Of a stretch of DNA of 44,522 nt, positions 18,056-25,166 are shown piece by piece. The DNA comes from a virus (taxonomy: Duplodnaviria; Caudoviricetes). Numbering within the stretch: the stretch's first letter is position 1; every line of letters starts with the position of its first letter. The notes beneath the pieces were generated by a model. It ran no database searches, was not told where the DNA came from, and was given only the letters and a program-made list of their open reading frames with translations. The translations under genes and the position numbers were made by a program. The stretch covers positions 1-44,522 of the IMG/VR virus record IMGVR_UViG_3300005573_000142; one strand, written 5' to 3'.

Positions 18056-19294
18056 ATGTTACATGAAGTAGAGTTCAAAACTTATGGAGAATTAACAGTG
18101 GAAGAGGAAGTTATACGAGAAGGAGTGGCGGAATTCGTAGCGGAAGCGGTGAAAATGATGAAGTTGCCTGTGGTAGACGAGCGTTTTATTAAACAAGAAG
18201 TATTGAAGAGCATCGCAAGCATAGACCTTTCATCCTTCGTTATGAAGGATGGAAGGAAAATAACCAAACGGTTGTGGGGAGCTATAACAAGGGAAGTTCC
18301 TTTGGTAGCTTCCCTGAACAAGGAACGAAATGACGCTATTTATAATGTATTTTGTGCTATCGTGCGGAAGTATTACGCACCGATAGACAGTTTTGTAGCA
18401 CAGGTGCGTGATGCGTTAGACCTAAATTTGGGAGTATGGAATGACAGTTACTCCTGCTTCCGTGACGGAAAAGAAAGGAGTTTTACTCCTTTCTTTTTCC
18501 ATAAGAACGGAATAATGTTACTAACTATCAATCAGAGCCGTGCTTGGCTCTGGGAGATAGATAACGAAACCATATGTGTTTTTAACGCATATGGGAGAGA
18601 TATTTCTAACAACTCTGATAGAGCCCTAATCGCAGAGGCGGTTAGAAGACTCTACGGGTGGGCAAGATGCAAATACAAGTATATAGAGTGCTACTCTGGC
18701 ATTCTATATATAAATAACGATAGGGCACTTGTCATTTCGTTTGGAGACAAGTTGCCTAATAAAATTGATATGGATTTATATGAATTCATCTGCCCGTTCT
18801 GTGGACGGATAGCCAGATTAAACGATTTTGTCGCACTTAATAGTGACAGTTATTCGTTTTTCTGGGTGTATAATGGACATGAAGCAGAAGGTCGCACGGT
18901 TTTAATGTGCGAACGCTGTTATGATGATGGTGTTGCGGATGAGCTGTGCACCGAACAGTTCTACTATTGTTACCGCTGTGACGAAAGACTGTATGAAAGC
19001 GAAGCATACTTCGTGAACGGAGAGGTATACTGCGAAGGATGCTTTGACAATTTATTTTTCTATTGTTCGGAATGTGGAGAACCTTCTCCACGAGATGAAG
19101 CATATGAAACGTGCAATGGGGACTTGGTATGCTCCTATTGTTCGGAGCATTATTATACAGAATGTGACAGGTGCCACCTTCTTGTAAAAGATGATGACGC
19201 ACGCTATATAAACGATGATGAATGTTACTGCCCCGATTGCTACTATGAAGAAACCAGAGAAAGGAGACTTAACGATGAATACATTGAAGAATAA
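18056..19294 (+). CDS. protein with C-terminal tandem CxxC zinc-finger repeats (start revised to ATG 18056, 412 aa)
   Basis: GGAGGT SD before ATG 18056; eight CxxC pairs in the C-terminal region. Confidence 0.85.
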   Translation: MLHEVEFKTYGELTVEEEVIREGVAEFVAEAVKMMKLPVVDERFIKQEVLKSIASIDLSSFVMKDGRKITKRLWGAITREVPLVASLNKERNDAIYNVFCAIVRKYYAPIDSFVAQVRDALDLNLGVWNDSYSCFRDGKERSFTPFFFHKNGIMLLTINQSRAWLWEIDNETICVFNAYGRDISNNSDRALIAEAVRRLYGWARCKYKYIECYSGILYINNDRALVISFGDKLPNKIDMDLYEFICPFCGRIARLNDFVALNSDSYSFFWVYNGHEAEGRTVLMCERCYDDGVADELCTEQFYYCYRCDERLYESEAYFVNGEVYCEGCFDNLFFYCSECGEPSPRDEAYETCNGDLVCSYCSEHYYTECDRCHLLVKDDDARYINDDECYCPDCYYEETRERRLNDEYIEE

Positions 19295-19490
19295 ATTAGT
19301 AACCTTGATTACCGATATAGATGTATCGGTAATCTTATACTTATACGGGGTGAAGGCACAGCCCCGTTTTGAAAAAAGCCGAATTTTATACAGAAACGTG
19401 CCATATCATATAGCTAAAAAGATAAAAGATGCCCTTTCGGGACATCTCGTAAAAATACGATATAGGAGAAATAAACATGATAAATGTTAG
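19275..19490 (+). CDS. hypothetical protein (start revised to ATG 19275)
   Basis: AAGGAG SD; bridges the zinc-finger gene and the peptidase gene. Confidence 0.65.
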   Translation: MNTLKNKLVTLITDIDVSVILYLYGVKAQPRFEKSRILYRNVPYHIAKKIKDALSGHLVKIRYRRNKHDKC

Positions 19491-20268
19491 TGATTTCATA
19501 GAAATTTTAAGATTATCAGATACTGAACTGTTCCAGTATCTGATAGAAAACAATAGAAACGCTATTGTTGGAGACAACTTTATCCTTTATTTTAAGGATA
19601 AACGATATCCAACATTGGTAGCACATATTGACACGGTGCATAAGGAGACACCAAAGAACATACTCTGGAATGACCGCTATATGTGGTCTCCCGAAGGAAT
19701 TGGAGGAGACGATAGATGCGGAGTTTACGCTTTACTTCAACTTCAGCACCTATCAAGCGTGAATTTATTGTTTACTAACGGTGAAGAAATTGGTGGAGTT
19801 GGTGCGATGGAAGCCTGTGATTGTGAGATATTGAGTAGCACTCCATACTTCATAGAGTTAGACAGGCGTGGCACCGATGCCGTTTTCTATAACGATGAAT
19901 TGCTTTCCCGTGATAAACGGGTAAGGCAGTTCGTCAAGTGCATAAAGAAATTCTTCAAGATAGGCACGGGTTCATTTTCTGATATTTCCATTATTGGTGA
20001 ATATTTCCAAGTAGCATCGGTAAATCTTGGAATAGGCTTTCACCGAGAACACACGCTCGGTGAATATATAGATTTAAAAGAGATGAAGTATACGATATCA
20101 GTTGTGCCTGAACTGATATCGTTGATAAATAAGGAGACAAAAGGCAAAAAGATAAAACATAAGAGCAGTTTCTGGTATAGAACATGGAGCAATCGTGGCT
20201 TTCATTGCTACGATTGCACAAGTTGGGATTGCGATAATTGTAAATATCGCAATTCCATTTACTATTAA
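19477..20268 (+). CDS. M20/M28-clan zinc peptidase-like hydrolase
   Basis: AHIDTVH, GIGGDDRCG, GEEIGGVGA, ELDRRG, SFSDI, GFHREHT. Confidence 0.85.
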   Translation: MINVSDFIEILRLSDTELFQYLIENNRNAIVGDNFILYFKDKRYPTLVAHIDTVHKETPKNILWNDRYMWSPEGIGGDDRCGVYALLQLQHLSSVNLLFTNGEEIGGVGAMEACDCEILSSTPYFIELDRRGTDAVFYNDELLSRDKRVRQFVKCIKKFFKIGTGSFSDISIIGEYFQVASVNLGIGFHREHTLGEYIDLKEMKYTISVVPELISLINKETKGKKIKHKSSFWYRTWSNRGFHCYDCTSWDCDNCKYRNSIYY

Positions 20269-20276
20269 GTAAGCCG

Positions 20277-20399
20277 AATTAAACCGATTTAATTCACAAT
20301 AGCGTCAGAATATTGACACCTAAAATTCAAAAACGATAGGGGTAAACTTGCAAAAATCGTCAATATTCTGACGCTATTGTGAATTAAATCGGTTTAATT
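20277..20399. repeat. 41-bp perfect inverted repeat with 41-bp spacer (contains palindrome copies 4 and 5)
   Basis: 20277-20317 is the exact reverse complement of 20359-20399. Confidence 0.95.
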
Positions 20400-20407
20400 T
20401 CTATCCA

Positions 20408-20708
20408 GCCTATCGTTAAAATCCCGCCTATTGTTAGCCTATCGTTACAGTCTGCCGAATTCATACCTATCGTGCCGAATTCCTTATCGTGTAAACTATC
20501 GTTAATAATAACAATACACACTAATAATATATTAAAGATATATTATTAGTGTATATTATCAGTGTAAATTCAATCGTTCCAAATTAAATCGGTTTAATTC
20601 ATTGCCTATCGTTATACTTCTATCTTCAATCGTGCCGAATTCTCGCCTATCGTTGTAGCCTATCGTTACAGCCTTTTTTGCCCACGATTATAACGATAAT
20701 CTATCGTG
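20408..20708 (+). repeat. iteron-like array of (G)CCTATCGT(TA) with AT-rich hairpin and palindrome copy 6; candidate origin
   Basis: About 10 co-oriented copies; TGCCGAATTC x3; 15-bp IR 20518-20552; palindrome 20582-20599. Confidence 0.75.
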
Positions 20709-20820
20709 TATCTTTTAACCGTGTCGTGCCGTGTGCGGGAGCAAAAAAATATCTTTTATTAGCCTTCTTTTGTCCACACACGATATGCACGCATAGATTT
20801 ACTGCTCTGGAGCGGTGAAG

Positions 20821-20861
20821 TTTCTGAACTTCACATAGAGGTTGACTGCCATTGGCAGTTA
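20821..20861 (+). promoter_or_regulatory. conserved leader element copy C (divergent)
   Basis: TTTCTGAACTTCACA...CTGCC-ATT-GGCAG, in the same position before SD/ATG as copies A and B. Confidence 0.6.
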
Positions 20862-20885
20862 GAATAAAAATTTGGGGGTAAGAAA

Positions 20886-21182
20886 ATGAGTAACAAGAAA
20901 CAGTATGATTATGGGGAGTTATTTAGTAAACTGCTTACAGCAGTAAAACAAAGAGACACAAGTAGAAAGTTAGATTGTCTATTTTTATTGGAGTATATTC
21001 AAGTAAAGATAGACAATCAAATTCAAAGCTTGCGTGTAGTTGATGTTTTCAAGAAGTTTAATGTTGCAATCCCTGCAAATGCAATCGGCTACTCCAAAAA
21101 TGGGGTAATCATGTTGTTTTCAGAAAAATCACAACCACAAAAAACAGAAAAAAAGAAACCAAAGAATGTTGCAGAATTATAA
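20886..21182 (+). CDS. hypothetical protein
   Basis: GGGGGT SD; 98 aa; followed by a terminator. Confidence 0.75.
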   Translation: MSNKKQYDYGELFSKLLTAVKQRDTSRKLDCLFLLEYIQVKIDNQIQSLRVVDVFKKFNVAIPANAIGYSKNGVIMLFSEKSQPQKTEKKKPKNVAEL

Positions 21183-21211
21183 GAGGGGCGGAAGCCCCTC
21201 TCAATTTTTTT
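21182..21211 (+). terminator. intrinsic terminator
   Basis: AGAGGGGC-GGAA-GCCCCTCT then CAATTTTTTT. Confidence 0.8.
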
Positions 21212-21267
21212 AATTTTCTTTTAACCGTGTTACCCCTGCCTTGTTTTCAAAAAATTGAGCCTTCACG

Positions 21268-21285
21268 AATTAAATCGGTTTAATT
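21268..21285. promoter_or_regulatory. palindrome copy 7
   Basis: AATTAAATCGGTTTAATT. Confidence 0.85.
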
Positions 21286-21427
21286 TCTCTTACTATGAAT
21301 TTTTATTATAAGCTTCAGCCTTCGGCTTAGTTATGCAGCCGTAGTCTGCCTTTGTATTTATACACCAGTAGGTGGGAACACGGAGGGGAGTTTATTAGCT
21401 AGCCTTTGCCTTTTCCTATGACCCATC

Positions 21428-21575
21428 TATAAATGGGAGAGGTTTTTTATAATCTATTATAAACGGAAGGAGTCTTTTATAAATAGAGGGTGCTTTTATA
21501 AGTTAGGAGCTTTATAAACTGGGGTGCCGCTGTAAATAGAGGGTGCTCTTATAAGTAAGAGATGTTTATATAAGT
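21428..21575 (+). repeat. degenerate roughly 19-bp periodic TATAA-purine repeats
   Basis: TAAATAGAGGGTGCT(T/C)TTATAAGT at 21480 and 21533; TATAA recurs mostly every 16-20 nt. Confidence 0.65.
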
Positions 21576-21812
21576 AGTTCAAAAAGATGGTGCTTTTTTA
21601 ATTTGTCTGCAGGGGCAAGGCTCTTCATCTGCAGCAGCGGAGGCTGGTATGAAAACATATATTTATATTGTATCATGTAGGCTATGAAAAAGTAAATAGG
21701 TGGTTATACCTTATATATTATATATAGGTAGGTGGGAAAGGGGCGGGGGGTTCTTAGTCTGCAGAGGTGGTAATTTTACCCGAAGCTACTTATATTATAA
21801 CATATAAGGTGG

Positions 21813-21922
21813 GAGAAATTAAATCGATTTAATTCGGCTTGTATTTGGATTGTGCTGGGAAAGGGCGGGCTTATACCTTTATATATTATATAGAGAAATT
21901 AAATCGATTTAATTCGGCTTGT
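21813..21922 (+). repeat. 30-bp exact direct repeat containing palindrome copies 8 and 9
   Basis: GAGAAATTAAATCGATTTAATTCGGCTTGT at 21813-21842 and 21893-21922. Confidence 0.95.
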
Positions 21923-21942
21923 GTAATAATTGTATATAAAAC

Positions 21943-21972
21943 TTGACAAAAAGTGCTATTTTGTTATATAAT
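21943..21972 (+). promoter_or_regulatory. sigma70-type promoter
   Basis: TTGACA 21943-21948, 18 bp, TATAAT 21967-21972. Confidence 0.85.
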
Positions 21973-22000
21973 TTTTATCAGAAAGGAGGTGATTTTTTAT

Positions 22001-22246
22001 ATGATTAGGTTAAAAGATTTTGCCAGAAGAAAAGGAGTGTCTTATATGACTGCTTGGAGGTGGTGGAAACAGGGGCTGATTAAGGGAGAAAGAATAGGCT
22101 CCCTTATTTATGTTGAAGATACTGATGAATTCTCTATGATACTTGATTATAGAATCAAGGAATTAGCCGAGCAGTATGGTATCAATTATTCTACTGCAAA
22201 AGCTATTTATGACAGAGGCTTTTCTGATGGATTTAGATGTAGTTAA
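22001..22246 (+). CDS. small MerR/excisionase-type HTH DNA-binding protein (start revised to ATG 22001)
   Basis: AAGGAGGTGA SD; RLKDFARRKGVSYMTAWRWWKQGLIKG resembles the IS607-TnpA/Xis HTH; no catalytic domain. Confidence 0.8.
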   Translation: MIRLKDFARRKGVSYMTAWRWWKQGLIKGERIGSLIYVEDTDEFSMILDYRIKELAEQYGINYSTAKAIYDRGFSDGFRCS

Positions 22247-22412
22247 CAGAGCAGGTGAAGTAGTGGATGAGGGAGTTTATATTGGGCAGGATGAAAACTT
22301 CTATATTATAAAGGTAATGTCTCTGTCTAAAGACGTATTATACGAAAATGAATTAAAGTTTATGAAACAATATTTTTCTTTAATTAAGGAGGGTTCATGG
22401 GAATTGGTGTAA
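22227..22412 (+). CDS. hypothetical protein (start uncertain)
   Basis: Fills the operon gap; GAGG before ATG 22227. Confidence 0.55.
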   Translation: MDLDVVNRAGEVVDEGVYIGQDENFYIIKVMSLSKDVLYENELKFMKQYFSLIKEGSWELV

Positions 22413-22972
22413 CAATAGCTAACATGATTTTAGATATTTTAGCCGATTATCCAGAAGGCATAAGATGTAATGAAGTATATGACATGCTTGTTGAAAAGGG
22501 ATATCCTTATGATTCTATAAGAATGGCGGCTTACAGACATCTGAAGGATAAAATGATTAGAATTCCTTTAAGAGATGGATATAAATTTGATGGCTGGTTA
22601 TGGAAGTTGAAAAAAGATGGAGAAGTAATTGACAAGAGATTTAAGCATGGTAATCGTAGCATCTGCAGACCAGATTATATTTCATTAGCAGATAAAGTAA
22701 GCAGCCAGCTATTGGAGCAGACATTTGACAGCACTGTTCATTTATGCTGTGGTTGTATGAATTTTATCTATGATGGCGGTTTTGCCTACTGTGAGGCTGA
22801 GCATTTGGGAGGACAGGCATTTGATATAGATAAGATAAGGAAAGAAATCACTTCCGATATTGATGTAAAAAGGGAAACTGCAGCATTTATAAAAGAATTA
22901 ATCACAATTAAAACCTGTAAAGATTTTAAAGGAAGAGAAGGATGCGTTCAATATACTAAAAATGAAGATTGA
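22397..22972 (+). CDS. hypothetical protein, N-terminal wHTH-like, Cys-rich C-terminus
   Basis: AAGGAGG SD; ILDILADYPEGI...EVYD.L; CCGC...C. Confidence 0.75.
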   Translation: MGIGVTIANMILDILADYPEGIRCNEVYDMLVEKGYPYDSIRMAAYRHLKDKMIRIPLRDGYKFDGWLWKLKKDGEVIDKRFKHGNRSICRPDYISLADKVSSQLLEQTFDSTVHLCCGCMNFIYDGGFAYCEAEHLGGQAFDIDKIRKEITSDIDVKRETAAFIKELITIKTCKDFKGREGCVQYTKNED

Positions 22973-23047
22973 ACTAAAATTGAGGAGCTGGCTTGCCATA
23001 CACGGTTTAATTAAGATGGAAGCATACAAAGAAGGGGAGGATAAAAA

Positions 23048-23266
23048 ATGAAAAAGCTGTTTAGCTGGTTATTGATGGGTATGGTGGTAGGAGTAATGCT
23101 GGGCTACGCTTGGCATTACTTCGCAGTGAAAGACAAGTTAGAAGTATACAAGAATTACGAGCAGATATTAAAACAAAAAGATGCACAGATATTGAATTAT
23201 CAATTCAGGTCTGAATTATGCTGCGGATATATAAAATACGCTTTACAGAAAAGGGGAAAACGATGA
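23048..23266 (+). CDS. small membrane protein
   Basis: GGGGAGG SD; one N-terminal hydrophobic helix. Confidence 0.7.
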   Translation: MKKLFSWLLMGMVVGVMLGYAWHYFAVKDKLEVYKNYEQILKQKDAQILNYQFRSELCCGYIKYALQKRGKR

Positions 23267-23304
23267 CAAAAATATATATATATTAAAGAAAGGGGTGAGT
23301 AAAA

Positions 23305-23604
23305 ATGAATACAAACAAAAATAGACAAAGAGGTAAGAGGACAGAAAGAGCAATAGCAAAAAGGTTGGGAGGAAAGAGAGTAGGGATACTTGGTAAAAGT
23401 GATGTGGAACATGAACTATTTAGCTTTGAGGTTAAAAGTAGGTTGAAGTTTGTCGGTGAAAAATGGTTTATACAAGCTGTAAGGAATTGTGAAGAAGGCA
23501 AAATTCCTGCTGTAATTGTTCATGTAACGGGGCAGCATCATAAAAATGATTATGTAATTATTAAATTAAAAGATTTTGAAGATTTCTTGGGGGGAATCAG
23601 ATGA
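23305..23604 (+). CDS. Hjc-like Holliday junction resolvase (PD-(D/E)XK)
   Basis: NRQRGKRTERAIAKRLGG.R......SDV......EVKSR. Confidence 0.75.
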   Translation: MNTNKNRQRGKRTERAIAKRLGGKRVGILGKSDVEHELFSFEVKSRLKFVGEKWFIQAVRNCEEGKIPAVIVHVTGQHHKNDYVIIKLKDFEDFLGGIR

Positions 23605-24092
23605 AAGAATATCAGAGAGTATGTTTGAAGTGTAAGAAAGTATTTACTACAAACAGTAAGGAAAAGAGACTTTTATTTTGTACTGAGTGCAAGCCTTCAA
23701 AACAAAGACCTTATATTCTATCTACTCTTGCTTACTATGACCCGGTAGCTGTCAGGCTGATAGATGCTATAAAAAAGGAATCTGATATAAATAATTTAAA
23801 GAAGTTAGTCGCTGAATTTCATGCTGTATGTGGTAGATTTTTGGAGATTAAAAACCATCAAAGATATCCAGATGCTATAAGTTGTGAGCATTGTATTAAT
23901 TTTAAAGTTAAAAAGCATAGTGATAATAAGCTTGTTATGTTCTGTTCGGCTGGATGCTTACGTAATAAAAAAGGTGATATTACCTTATTTAAATACAGTA
24001 GTTACTACTATGGAAATATAAGCACTCATCAGAGATATTATTCTTTGTGGAGTAAAAAGGCTCGCTCATGTGCTAATTTTAAGGAGGAATAG
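23601..24092 (+). CDS. Zn-binding hypothetical protein
   Basis: CLKC...CTEC and CEHC...C...C motifs. Confidence 0.75.
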   Translation: MKEYQRVCLKCKKVFTTNSKEKRLLFCTECKPSKQRPYILSTLAYYDPVAVRLIDAIKKESDINNLKKLVAEFHAVCGRFLEIKNHQRYPDAISCEHCINFKVKKHSDNKLVMFCSAGCLRNKKGDITLFKYSSYYYGNISTHQRYYSLWSKKARSCANFKEE

Positions 24093-24407
24093 ATGGATTT
24101 ACAGAGTTTTAAAAATATAATATGGCAAGTGTTTAATGATATAGAAGAATTAATGGAAGTGAAAAATAAGCAATATGCTAATGAGACAAATATATTTAAG
24201 AATTTTGAAGAAGGTAGCAGACTTTTAAAAATGACACCAGAGAAATATCTATGGTCTTTACGCTTAAAGCACGAGCTTGCCTTGTTGGAAGCCATAGAAA
24301 ACAATAACTATAATGTAAAGGAAGTTAAGGAGAGGATACAAGATTGTATCCTCTACTGCCTTCTGTTATATGCTATGGTGATTAATAAATATTCTGATGA
24401 ATATTAA
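24093..24407 (+). CDS. DUF1599-like all-alpha (nucleotide modification-associated) protein
   Basis: KN..YA......NF ... KH ... E.I.D..LY pattern. Confidence 0.6.
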   Translation: MDLQSFKNIIWQVFNDIEELMEVKNKQYANETNIFKNFEEGSRLLKMTPEKYLWSLRLKHELALLEAIENNNYNVKEVKERIQDCILYCLLLYAMVINKYSDEY

Positions 24408-24476
24408 CTTTGAATTATCTCATCTTATAGAAGGATGTCATAACAGCACCTTATATATATTATAATTTATAATAAG

Positions 24477-25166
24477 ATGCCAGTTATACCGAAACCACCA
24501 GAGACAAATACAATTTTAGACTCCTTATATCAAAACATTGATTTGCCCACCCCTATGCCTTTAATTGCCCGTGAGGCACTAACCAGAGCTACATTAGCAG
24601 CCTTGCCCGATATAATGAATGAATCAGGCTCTTTTCTTACTTCAAATGCAATAAAAAATATTGCTTCTGATACAATACAAGCTATTCCCAAAAAACATAT
24701 AGAAGGTATAAAGTATGTGGATGTTGTATCTCCAGCAGATGTGGCTAATATGGGGGAAAGTAATGCTAATTATATAAGTGGATATTATGTACCTTCCCAA
24801 AGTGCTATTTTCTTAGTAAAAGGCAGAGCCTTACCTTCAACTACTGCTCATGAAGTAGGGCATCATGTTTTTTATGTTGCTGAGCCTAAAAATATAATGT
24901 CTGTAATTCAAAATTATGATAAAATACCTTTGTATGATTTAGCACGATTAACTAACTTAGGAGGAGCTTTGATTAACGACCCTGCTGAATTATTCGCCCA
25001 ATTATATTCACTTCGTATAGCCAATTCATTAGCAAACAGATATGGATATTATCCATTCAGCTATATGGGTAAAGATTTAAATGGCTTTTTCAATATTATA
25101 AAGAACAATTATCCAGAATTATATAACGCTCCATATAGAATGCCACCATATAAGGGGATTTGGTAA
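24477..25166 (+). CDS. zincin-like metallopeptidase
   Basis: ISGYY...IFL, AHEVGHH, downstream ELFAQ (third ligand E). Confidence 0.7.
   Translation: MPVIPKPPETNTILDSLYQNIDLPTPMPLIAREALTRATLAALPDIMNESGSFLTSNAIKNIASDTIQAIPKKHIEGIKYVDVVSPADVANMGESNANYISGYYVPSQSAIFLVKGRALPSTTAHEVGHHVFYVAEPKNIMSVIQNYDKIPLYDLARLTNLGGALINDPAELFAQLYSLRIANSLANRYGYYPFSYMGKDLNGFFNIIKNNYPELYNAPYRMPPYKGIW

Noticed and set aside
21813-21922. Possible mini-CRISPR array (two 30-bp repeats, 50-nt spacer)
   Set aside because: Only two units. The repeat core is the dispersed palindrome, the spacer reuses local repeat motifs, and there is no CRISPR-type repeat end or cas operon.
20269-21950. tRNA genes or an integration module in the long non-coding region
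   Set aside because: No cloverleaf or T-loop consensus was found, and there is no integrase anywhere in the window.
22001-22246. IS607 transposon
   Set aside because: Only the HTH is present; there is no serine recombinase domain, TnpB or IS ends.
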